53,289 nt of DNA. It comes from a virus (taxonomy: Duplodnaviria > Caudoviricetes). The stretch is taken from positions 1-53,289 of the IMG/VR virus record IMGVR_UViG_3300033434_000393, one strand, 5' to 3'. The notes beneath the pieces were generated by a model that was not told the DNA's origin, did not search any database, and saw only the letters and a program-made list of their open reading frames with translations. Positions 18,773-28,100 of the stretch are shown piece by piece. A program made the translations under genes and the position numbers. Numbering within the stretch: position 1 is the first letter of the stretch; every line of letters starts with the position of its first letter.

Positions 18773-19396
18773 ATGTATCTAAAAAGAGAAAGAGAATTCC
18801 AGTACCATCCCGGAATTGAGAAAATCATCGAGGATGTGATCGGCGGCGGAACAATTGCCAGAGCTGATCTAGTGACTGCTATCTTTAGCGGTAGACCTTT
18901 GGACGAACTGCCCCCGCTGGTCATCGTTGTAAGAGATGAGACCACAGGCGTTTATCATGTGCTTAAAACGGCCAGTGTACGTGCCGTGGCCGCTGCTGAT
19001 GCCGTGGCTTATCAAGTCAAAAAGAACCATTTGTTTGCCGTAGGTGACGCAGTTACCATTGGAGGTGATTACACGAAAGCGGCTGATGTTATCTCGGCAA
19101 TCGATAAATCAGACAATGCTTTTGATACTATTACACTAGCGGGAACTATCGGTGCCGCCGCCATTGGTGCGGTGCTTGTACAGGCAAAAGAAAAAGCTGC
19201 TGCCGGTGCTGCTGTTCCTCTGCATGGAAGTACTTCTTCCGAGCTACCAATCACGATGAACAAGGTCAACTTAACCATTGCCAATCAATCGTCGGGATTG
19301 CTGGTAAGAGGTACCGTAAACGGCTCTGTTATGCCATTCCCGATTGACACAGCCTTGAAAGCTCGTCTGACGGCACAGGGAATTCGTATTGTATAA
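18773..19396 (+). CDS. Head decoration protein
   Basis: Ala/Gly/Val-rich 207 aa directly before the major capsid gene. Confidence 0.6.
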   Translation: MYLKREREFQYHPGIEKIIEDVIGGGTIARADLVTAIFSGRPLDELPPLVIVVRDETTGVYHVLKTASVRAVAAADAVAYQVKKNHLFAVGDAVTIGGDYTKAADVISAIDKSDNAFDTITLAGTIGAAAIGAVLVQAKEKAAAGAAVPLHGSTSSELPITMNKVNLTIANQSSGLLVRGTVNGSVMPFPIDTALKARLTAQGIRIV

Positions 19397-19414
19397 TCTG
19401 TAAATATTCAATAG

Positions 19415-20584
19415 ATGGAAAGATCATTAATTAAACAAGTGAACCAAAAGAACATGTCGGCTCGTCTGAATACCAGACATGTAAAGCCAATGTATTTCCC
19501 GAACTTCTTCGGGGTGAAACAGAAATCATCTCTTAAATGGGAAACCCTCGTAGGAGAAAAAGGCGCTCCGGTCATCGCTGATATCGTGAGCTTCGATTCT
19601 TCCGCTCCTCAAAAGACGCGTGAAGTAGTAAGCAAGCTTTCAGGCGATATCCCAAAGACTTCTGTAAAGCGTGGTATGAACGAAAGCGATTACAACGAAT
19701 ACATGCAGTTGCAACGTGATGCGCAGGGCGATGCTCAGCAAATGGAGGTGTTGAATCTTGCCTTCAAGGATGAAGATTTCGTTTACAATTCCGTTCGTGG
19801 ACGTTTCGAATGGTGGTGTATGCAGCTGATGTCAAAAGCCGGTTTCCATTTGACAGCTCAGAATAACAATGGTATCGTGACTGCTGAATTTGTTGGATGT
19901 GGAATGCCTTCCGTAAACAAGAAAGTATCGGCTGCTGATTGGGCAACCGTATCTACTGCAGATGGTTTGCAGGACATTGATGATGTGATCACAGCAGCTT
20001 CTGCCGATGGTATCACAATCAAGTATGTTGTAATGCATACGGCTGATTTCGCATTGTTGAAGAAACAAAAGGCCACGATTGACAAAATCAAGGCTTGGGT
20101 AAACCAGACATCTAAGATTATTATCACTAAAAAGGTGATTAACGAGTATTTGTCTGAACAGGAAATCCCGGTACAAATCTTGACTGTATCTCCTGCAGTG
20201 CGCATTGAAGATAAGAGCCATAAGCGTAGAACAACCAACCCGTGGGAACGCAAACGCATCTGTTTCTTGGAAGATATGAATGTAGGTGATATCCAACACG
20301 GACCGATTGCGGCAGAAGCTTCCGAGTCTATCAAGAAAAAGGCTATCATGGTGAAGAAAGACTTCGTTCTGGTATCCAAATTCTCTACGGAAGAGCCATT
20401 CAAAGAGTGGACGAAGGCGGAAGCAAACGCTTTCCCGGTTGTGAATGATCCTGATGCTATGTATATCCTGAAAGCTGACGGTACAGCATGGGCAACGAAT
20501 GAAGATACGGAAGGCACCGACAATGTGCCCGCTTCATTCCTTGGTGAAGAGGTTGATCCTGAATCTAACAAGGTAGAAGAGTAA
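19415..20584 (+). CDS. Major capsid protein (lambda gpE-like)
   Basis: 389 aa; PVIADIVSFDSSAP, EWWCMQLMS, FPVV; synteny. Confidence 0.85.
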   Translation: MERSLIKQVNQKNMSARLNTRHVKPMYFPNFFGVKQKSSLKWETLVGEKGAPVIADIVSFDSSAPQKTREVVSKLSGDIPKTSVKRGMNESDYNEYMQLQRDAQGDAQQMEVLNLAFKDEDFVYNSVRGRFEWWCMQLMSKAGFHLTAQNNNGIVTAEFVGCGMPSVNKKVSAADWATVSTADGLQDIDDVITAASADGITIKYVVMHTADFALLKKQKATIDKIKAWVNQTSKIIITKKVINEYLSEQEIPVQILTVSPAVRIEDKSHKRRTTNPWERKRICFLEDMNVGDIQHGPIAAEASESIKKKAIMVKKDFVLVSKFSTEEPFKEWTKAEANAFPVVNDPDAMYILKADGTAWATNEDTEGTDNVPASFLGEEVDPESNKVEE

Positions 20585-20916
20585 TGAAAACAATCCGGGA
20601 TACTGTACTTGGCTTTCCGGGCGTAGCTGACGCAGAGGAATTCTTGGACACTGTATTAGTTGACCGCTCCTTAGATAGGGCGGCCAATTATACCGCTTCC
20701 AATAAATCAGTTGTTCGTCTTGCTGCTGCCGATGTATATTCCATGATTGGCGGGCTTCCTGATTTTAGCGAGAATAAGTTATCAATGACTTATCCTCGTT
20801 CATGGTATACTCAGAAAGCGAAAGAACTCTATGCCGAGAATGGAGAACCTGAAAAAGCGGCTAAACTCGGAAAGAATATCAAAGTACCCAGAGGTAAAGC
20901 ATCAAGATCATGGTAA
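20584..20916 (+). CDS. Head-tail adaptor
   Basis: 110 aa following the capsid gene; synteny. Confidence 0.6.
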   Translation: MKTIRDTVLGFPGVADAEEFLDTVLVDRSLDRAANYTASNKSVVRLAAADVYSMIGGLPDFSENKLSMTYPRSWYTQKAKELYAENGEPEKAAKLGKNIKVPRGKASRSW

Positions 20917-21221
20917 AGCGCAATGCACATACGGCAATAGTAACTGTTCCGGGTTCTGGTGGTGGTATAGTCAATGGTGAATGGATAGAGGGCGGCCAAC
21001 CGACCGAACTCGAAATAAAAGGGCATTATGATCCCGTGAATAACGCTCGTGTAGTTATCAAAAAGAACTCTCTAGGCAATGAAAAAGAGGTTCATGGTGA
21101 ATTTTACACGCATTCAAAGGCAGATAAGACGGCTAGTCATTTGGTTGTTGCCGATATAGGCGTAGACGTTGATATAATTTCTTGGGAACAGTATCAATCA
21201 CATTCAGTAATATACGTATGA
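20910..21221 (+). CDS. Head closure protein
   Basis: 103 aa beta-rich; synteny. Confidence 0.55.
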   Translation: MVKRNAHTAIVTVPGSGGGIVNGEWIEGGQPTELEIKGHYDPVNNARVVIKKNSLGNEKEVHGEFYTHSKADKTASHLVVADIGVDVDIISWEQYQSHSVIYV

Positions 21222-21682
21222 GTAATAGTAGCGGTTTAACGCCCATGTTTTCCAATGATGATCTCGACCAATGGTTTGGAATCTTCCAAGAGAAAGCGGA
21301 AGAAAGTATTATCCTTCTCCTTAAGGCTACCGGTGAGAAGTTTGTCAAGTATGCACGTGAGCTGCACACTTACGAAGATCAAACCGGAAATCTTCGTTCT
21401 TCAATCGGATATATAATCGTTCATGATGGAGAAATGCTTTTAGAGGATTTTAAAGAATCTGATAAGGGCACTGAAAAGGCTAAAGGAGTATCAACGGCTA
21501 GGCAATTGGTTGAAAATATTGCATTAACATATTCCCAGGGAATGATACTGATTGGAGTGGCCGGAATGCAATATGCGGCTGCCGTTGAGGCTAAAGGTTA
21601 TGATGTTGTAACAGGAGCTTGCAGTCAGGCAGAAGCATATATGCGTAAGGCAATACAGGAAACCATTAAAAAAGCGTCATAA
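21218..21682 (+). CDS. Neck protein (HK97 gp10-like)
   Basis: YEDQTGNLRSSIGY and YAAAVE motifs; ATGA overlap start at 21218. Confidence 0.75.
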   Translation: MSNSSGLTPMFSNDDLDQWFGIFQEKAEESIILLLKATGEKFVKYARELHTYEDQTGNLRSSIGYIIVHDGEMLLEDFKESDKGTEKAKGVSTARQLVENIALTYSQGMILIGVAGMQYAAAVEAKGYDVVTGACSQAEAYMRKAIQETIKKAS

Positions 21683-22080
21683 TGGCTGATGAATTTGACA
21701 TAATAGACTATGTGTATGATGCTGTAAATGCAGCCAATACCGGAATGACTATCTACAAGGATAATTCCATTACAGGCGAGACGAATAATCATATTGTGAT
21801 CAATCATCTGAACATAAACAGTAATGATGACGAGACAATAGATTTCATAGCCGTATTGCCTGTCAATGTGAATGTCTTCGTGAAGCTGAGCCCTAACGGC
21901 ATGATAAACCGTACTGTCATGAAAGCGGCAGTGCGTGCTATTCGTGCTTCTCTCAAAAATATATCCACTACCGACGGACAATACCGCCATGCTCATATCG
22001 CTTGGGAAGGGCGTATTGAATCGGCTAAAGATGGATTTGATTGTATGAATATTAGATTAGATTTTGAAACAGATAAATAA
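21682..22080 (+). CDS. Tail terminator protein
   Basis: 132 aa before the tail tube gene; synteny. Confidence 0.55.
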   Translation: MADEFDIIDYVYDAVNAANTGMTIYKDNSITGETNNHIVINHLNINSNDDETIDFIAVLPVNVNVFVKLSPNGMINRTVMKAAVRAIRASLKNISTTDGQYRHAHIAWEGRIESAKDGFDCMNIRLDFETDK

Positions 22081-22088
22081 TTAAAATT

Positions 22089-22619
22089 ATGGCAGTAACA
22101 AATGCAAGGCCCATCGCAATGGGCGTTTCTAGGATTGCTTATGGAACCGTTGGAGACGGAGTTCCGGCTACAGAATTCACCCCACTTCCACTCCCTACTA
22201 AAAGTTCAGTGGCGTTTAACTTCCAAGATCCTAAGGAAGTGAAGATTGAAACAGAGGGATCAATAGATCCATTCTATGTTGTCTTGACTAAGGATTCAAC
22301 GGATTACATCGAATTTTCCATTCCAACGCCATCGAATGATATTCTTTTGGCCATGATGGGAGGAACACTTGACGGAACGGCGGATAAATGGTCTGAGCCT
22401 ACTGAACTGGCTGATATAAACAAGTCTTTTCAGATGGATACACAGGTTCGCAACGGTAAGAAAGTACAGTACACTATCGTTAACGGCAAGATTGCCGCTA
22501 AGTTGTCTCAGGCTCCCGGAGCTGAACAGCCGGAGTTGCTTTTGATCCGTGTATATAAGCAGGCAGCTATCACGGCGGACGGAGTAAAAAAAGCGGCATT
22601 CACTCGTGAGGTGTTGTAG
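22089..22619 (+). CDS. Major tail tube protein
   Basis: 176 aa, followed by a terminator and tail assembly chaperone. Confidence 0.7.
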   Translation: MAVTNARPIAMGVSRIAYGTVGDGVPATEFTPLPLPTKSSVAFNFQDPKEVKIETEGSIDPFYVVLTKDSTDYIEFSIPTPSNDILLAMMGGTLDGTADKWSEPTELADINKSFQMDTQVRNGKKVQYTIVNGKIAAKLSQAPGAEQPELLLIRVYKQAAITADGVKKAAFTREVL

Positions 22620-22648
22620 ATCGTTGTATTAATTAGGTTAGGTTTGAG

Positions 22649-22675
22649 GGCCGGGTTGTTTTATCCGGCCTTTTT
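22649..22675 (+). terminator. Intrinsic terminator after the tail tube gene
   Basis: GGCCGG...CCGGCC followed by T5. Confidence 0.75.
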
Positions 22676-22689
22676 ATTAAAAGAATATT

Positions 22690-23217
22690 ATGATTAGATA
22701 CTTAGCACAAATAGAATCAGAGACAATCACCGAACAGGCGATTAAGATTGATTTTGATTTCAGCAATAGAGAATCAATACCGGATGGAGAGGATCCGGGT
22801 GATAGCATCATTATTAACCCTATTACTTGCCGGACATGGTTCAGGATAAGGCCTCTTCTTTTGCAAATTGACGAAGAAGATCTGGGGAGGATGATTGAAA
22901 AGCAGGGCGTGATAAACGAAAATCTTCCAGAGATAATGGACAAATATGGAGAGCTTCTTATTGACATCGTTTGTCTTGGTATTCACAACAAGAAGAGCGA
23001 ACCGCCTGCATGGTTCAGGGACGTTCTTATTGATAACAGTACTTGGGAGGATATACGCATCCTGCTTAATGCAATTATCTACCGGATAGGATACTTCCCT
23101 TTTTGCAACTCTATCACGACGCTAGCGAACGTGAGCCCGTTAAGGACGGAAGCGGAGATAATAGCCGCTCAAAAGAATTTAATGAGTTGGCAGGACTCAG
23201 TCAAGCAAGATTCTTAG
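22690..23217 (+). CDS. Tail assembly chaperone (gpG-like)
   Basis: Position between tail tube and tape measure; in-frame slippery site. Confidence 0.75.
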   Translation: MIRYLAQIESETITEQAIKIDFDFSNRESIPDGEDPGDSIIINPITCRTWFRIRPLLLQIDEEDLGRMIEKQGVINENLPEIMDKYGELLIDIVCLGIHNKKSEPPAWFRDVLIDNSTWEDIRILLNAIIYRIGYFPFCNSITTLANVSPLRTEAEIIAAQKNLMSWQDSVKQDS

Positions 23218-23462
23218 TCAATGCGCATGAAGCTTTAGGGCTTACATATAATGAGACGCTGGAAAGCAGCTATGCTCTTATAGAGGCTATGTTACAGGAA
23301 TACATCTACATACAACGCGAGAAAGAGCGATCAATGAATAGTGGAAGTGATGATAATGGAGACTATGAGTGGGTTGAATTGCCATCCTTTGATGATCCCG
23401 GCAAAACGATCAGATACAAAAAATATTATGATGTTGGAGGAGTGATTAAGCCCGGTGAATAG
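22690..23462 (+). CDS. Tail assembly chaperone, -1 frameshift product (gpGT-like)
   Basis: C CCT TTT heptamer at 23097-23103; the -1 frame stays open to 23462. Confidence 0.75.
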
Positions 23463-23536
23463 AAAAAGTGAAATTGGATTATATATTACTAGTGAATTTG
23501 ATAGGTTGTTTACGTAATATTTGATTTTAGATTAGT

Positions 23537-23570
23537 ATGCCCTTGTCTGCTGTGAAGCATGCAAGGGCAT
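23537..23570. terminator. Hairpin between convergent genes
   Basis: ATGCCCTTG...CAAGGGCAT. Confidence 0.65.
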
Positions 23571-23576
23571 AATTTA

Positions 23577-24644
23577 TTATATATTTAAGTTTGACAATCC
23601 TGCGTTCAATATCATTTGAGCTAATTCTAGGCCTCCTATTAGTTGAACATTCTCTTTTTTCGCTTTATCTATAGCGTCATCCGTAAATTTGTCAGCTGAA
23701 GATATGACCCAATTTATTCTAGAATAGTTATCATTGTTATCTTCATTGCCATCTTCTAACATATCCCGATTTTTATTCTTGATATAATTTGATATTTGAT
23801 CGATAGCAAAGGAATTTGTACTACCCTCATGAAATTTAACTTGGCAATAAATAATCAACTTAAGAGAATCAAATATTGCTATAACATCAGCATCGCCTTC
23901 TTTATATTTTTGATTTTTAGGTGGAATATCAACTGCTGTAGCACCAGTACTTTCAAAATACCGTTTAACCAAGGTTTCTAATTTATCAGGATTTAGAACA
24001 TCTCTTATTAGTTTTAGAATCTGGGGTGACAAATTTTCAATAATTGTAGAACGAATATTTATGGGCTTTTGCTTTTTGAATGCGTCAATCGCTTTGTTTA
24101 TACTATCAGAAATATCATTTATAAGCGCATTTGTAGATCGTATTTTTAATCTTGCAGTAAGGCTGGCATCGGCATATTCATATCTGGAGATATTAATTTC
24201 TATAGGTTCAACTTCCCATACAAAGCCGAGGTCTATAATTGACCCATCGGCTGTTTTATATAATCCACCTTGGAGACTAAGGCTATTTCCATTACAGTCT
24301 TGTAAATTTGCAATAACAATGTTTCCTATTTCTAGAGGCTTTTCACCTACTATTTTGTAAATAGAAAAGGTGCCAGATTTAGGGACAATAATTACATCTC
24401 CTTTTTTAAACCCTTCGATAAATCTCCATAAATTATGCCTTGTTTTTTCTTTTTTGTCCCAAATTGAATCACACTTTTTTTCAAAAATAGGCCATCTTTC
24501 TTGCCAAGTATTTCCAGCATTTAAAACTGAATCAATAATATCAATATTGATAAATTCAGAAAATCCTATACATAAAAGATTCTTGTCCAATAGTGGATAA
24601 GCTACTTCAGCGTGATGAGAAATACGGTGTAACCATGTATTCAT
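23577..24644 (-). CDS. Mrr-like restriction endonuclease moron
   Basis: C-terminal LETLV...GDADVIA...QVK (D...QxK) Mrr catalytic pattern. Confidence 0.75.
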   Translation of the reverse strand: MNTWLHRISHHAEVAYPLLDKNLLCIGFSEFINIDIIDSVLNAGNTWQERWPIFEKKCDSIWDKKEKTRHNLWRFIEGFKKGDVIIVPKSGTFSIYKIVGEKPLEIGNIVIANLQDCNGNSLSLQGGLYKTADGSIIDLGFVWEVEPIEINISRYEYADASLTARLKIRSTNALINDISDSINKAIDAFKKQKPINIRSTIIENLSPQILKLIRDVLNPDKLETLVKRYFESTGATAVDIPPKNQKYKEGDADVIAIFDSLKLIIYCQVKFHEGSTNSFAIDQISNYIKNKNRDMLEDGNEDNNDNYSRINWVISSADKFTDDAIDKAKKENVQLIGGLELAQMILNAGLSNLNI

Positions 24645-24660
24645 AAAGCAAATGAATTAA

Positions 24661-24858
24661 TTATTTGTTTAGCTCAATAAGTTGGGCCATTAATTTAGCG
24701 TTATCTTTTTGAAGATTTGCAATCAGATGTTTTTGATAAGCAATCATTCCTTCAATTCTCCCAATTCTTCGACCTTTTTCAAAGTCATTGGCTTTTTCGC
24801 TGCTTGGCATGTTTTTGTCGATATTACCAACGCCTGCATTTTCATCTTCCCTGGCCAT
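24661..24858 (-). CDS. Small hypothetical protein downstream of a structured leader
   Basis: 65 aa with a C-terminal coiled coil; first gene of the moron operon. Confidence 0.55.
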   Translation of the reverse strand: MAREDENAGVGNIDKNMPSSEKANDFEKGRRIGRIEGMIAYQKHLIANLQKDNAKLMAQLIELNK

Positions 24859-24880
24859 TGTACTAATGAATTAATGAATA

Positions 24881-25060
24881 GATAAAAGAAAGGCTATCTC
24901 CTCCCTTATTCCGACCAAGGAAACATAACATACTTAACTTTGAGAGGTTATGCAGTAAAGGGACTTGATAGCCTATATTGTATGTACAACATGAGCGTAA
25001 CAACTCCTCTCAAAAGTAAATATGTATTGTTTCCCTTGGTCTTGGAATACCGCAAAGGTA
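24881..25060 (-). ncRNA. Structured leader/antisense-type RNA with its promoter
   Basis: TACCTTTG at 25060-25053; about 41-bp imperfect stem (25049-25006 with 24947-24907); loop element 24974-24958 can pair with 24907-24891, which is followed by a U tract. Confidence 0.7.
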
Positions 25061-25093
25061 TGCATTCTATAATAAAAATAAAAACTCACCCGA

Positions 25094-25104
25094 TTTATAT
25101 TTTA
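25094..25104 (+). promoter_or_regulatory. Putative late promoter, copy 5
   Basis: TTTATATTTTA starting 28 nt before the tape measure ATG. Confidence 0.65.
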
Positions 25105-25121
25105 CTATAAATGATATAACT

Positions 25122-28100
25122 ATGGGTATACAGAATCAAAACAATGCATTGGTTTTTGCTTCCGGAATAGATAATTCGGGGTTGAAGTCAGATGCCGAAG
25201 AGGGCAAGAGTATAGTAAAGGGTATGACAGATTCTGTTGTATCGGAAGGCAATAAGATGAATGATGCTTTATCTAATACATCAGGAGCCACACAAGGAAT
25301 TAGAAGCATTAAGAATGAATCCGAAAGCTTATTTAAGTCATTCAAACCGACTGAAGAATCAGCAAAGAGAATGCGTGAGTACATAACTTCTCTGAATGGG
25401 GTTAATATCAGAAGTCTGCCGGAACAAATTAAGAATACGAAAGTCCTAGTAAAGCAAACAGAGGAAGATATTAAGTCTCTTCAACAAACATTCGAAAAAG
25501 CAGCTCCGGGAAAAGCCAAGATGTTTGCTTTAAGCGAATTAGAAAAAGCGAAGAAAGTTCTTACGGAAACTAAGGGAGAGCTTGCAAATCTTGAATCTCA
25601 ACAGGGAAAGACATCCACAACAGCCGGACGTCTCACTTCACAGATTCGGGTTCTAAAAGATGAGATGTCTAAAATGGCTATGGCCGGAGGGCGTGATTCG
25701 CAAGCTTACGACGATTTGCGACAAAAAGCCCTGTTATTACAGAGGCAGCTTAATGGCACCAACAAACAAATGAAGATACTTGCCAGCCCAATGGCTAATT
25801 TCCAAGGTGTTATTTCAGGAGTGACAGGTCTTACAGGTGCTTTGTCTGCCGGGATGGGCGTAATGGGTTTGTTTTCTAGTGAGAACGCCAATCTGGCCAA
25901 GATACAAACTAAGCTTCAATCTGTCATGGCAATCACCATAGGACTTCAACAGGTAGCTACGACACTTAACAAAAACTCACCTTTTCAGCTTGTTACTATG
26001 GCCAAGGCGCATAATCTGCTAACTGCCGCCAATACTCGTTTGGCTGTCGCTCTTGGTATCTCGAATGTGGCTGCAAAAGCTCTCATGGCCACTCTTACGC
26101 TTGGTGCCACTGTTGTTGTTACCGGGCTAATAGTCGCGTGGAATAAATATAGCTCCCATCAAGAGCAGATGGCCGAAAAACAAAAAGAGATAGAGAAAGA
26201 GGTTTCAGACGCTATTAATGGCGCATCCTCAACGATGGCCGAGCAGATGGTTACCCTATACAAGTTGATAGGCCGATGGGACTCTCTTGGAGGTAATCTA
26301 AAAAAACAAAAGAAGTTTATTACCGAAAATAAAGACGAATTCCATAAGTTGGGAATATCAGTTAACACCGTTACTGAAGCGGAAAACGTATTGGACGGTA
26401 GAACAGAGGCTGTTGTGAATGCTATGATGAAACGAGCACGAGCGACCATTTATGCTAAAATGGCTATGGATGAATACGAGAAGATGGCACGTGGCGAACT
26501 GCAAGCGCAACTTATCATGGACGCCGCACCAACTGAAGATGATTACAAGAAGACACGGAAATCAAAATCAGCAGGTACAAGTACGGGGGTGTTCGAAACA
26601 ACAGAAACCTACATTGATAAATCCGACACTAAGAATGCTGAGGCCAATCGCAAGAAACGTGCAGATAAAGTACGCATAGGTGCACAAGTCCATCTTATCT
26701 GGGGTAATAAGGTAATAGATTCAGCAGCCAAATTAGAGAAGACAATAAATGCTGATTTGGAGAAAGCCAAAATCACCCCATTCAATGGTGATGATAGTTA
26801 TAAGAAAGATGCGGACGCGGCAAAGAAAGCGGCCGAAAAGGCAAATAAGGAAAAAGTTGAAGCAGCTGAACGTATTGGCCAGATAAAGGAAAATGATCAA
26901 AAGATTAAAGAGATATACACCCAGGGCGAACTTGATGCTCAGCAGTCCAGAATCAATGCTATGGAGGATGGCTACACCAAACAACAGGCACAAATAGACC
27001 TTGACCATAAAAAGAGAATAACTGATGCGGATAAGAAGGCCCAAGAACTTATCAAGATAGCACAGGAGAATGAAGAAAAATTATGGCTCAACAAGCATCC
27101 GGATCATGAGAAGAAAGGTGAAGTCTTCACCCCTACCATAAAGACTGTCTCCCAATTGCCTAAGGAACAACAAAATATCATTTCTACCGACAAAAGTAAC
27201 GCCGATAGAGATAAGATCAAGTCTGAAAAAGATTTATTGAAGTCCTTGAAGGACCAATATCAATCCTATACAGATGAACGTCTCGCTATAGAGAAGAAGT
27301 ACAATGATGATATTGAAGCCCTAAAGAAAGAGCGAGAAAAAGCACAGGCGCAAGGAGACACAGCACAGGTCGATGTAATAGACAGAAGTATAGGGAAAGC
27401 CGATACAGATAAAGGTAAATCTTTAGCATCGGTTGATTTTAAGCAACTCAAAGAGTCTCCGGACTACGTGAGAGCCTTTGAAAACTTGAAGCAATCTTCA
27501 ACGGAAACGCTTAATTCCCTGCTTTCTCAATTCGAGAACGCAAAACAAGTAGCCGCCGAGACATTAGATCCTGAACAGCTCCGCGAGTATACGAAAACGA
27601 TTTCTGATATCATGGACGAGCTCGAGAATCGCAACCCGTTCGAAATGCTCGCTCAGCGTAAGTCAGAACTTGCGGAAGCTGAAAAAGCACTCGCAGAGGC
27701 TCAGAAAAACATGGATGACGTTAAAGGCGGCAAGAAAGTAGTCGCTAGTACCAGTTATAACCAAAAGACGGGTAAGATAGACAAAACTTATTTGACGGAG
27801 GAGAAAGCACTATCCAAACTTAACAAGGCGAAAGCTGAAGTCATACAGAAAGATGCTAATGTAACCAAAGCGGAGAAGAAAGTTACAGAACAAATAAGCG
27901 ATCTCTCAACCTCTTTAACTGACGTCGGCTCTGCCATTGGAGGAACTGCGGGTGAAATAATCTCATTGGTTGGAAACATAGGCAGCTTTGCTATGTCAGC
28001 TATGGATGGCATCAAGACCGTTTCAAATACTACCGCACAGTCTGTCAGTAGCATAGAAAAGGCATCTGTTATTCTTGCTATCATCAGTACCGCTATTCAG

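Noticed and set aside
19832-20571. Long antisense ORFs over the capsid gene (and similar ones elsewhere)
   Set aside because: Shadow frames of well-supported genes with no motifs or expression signals
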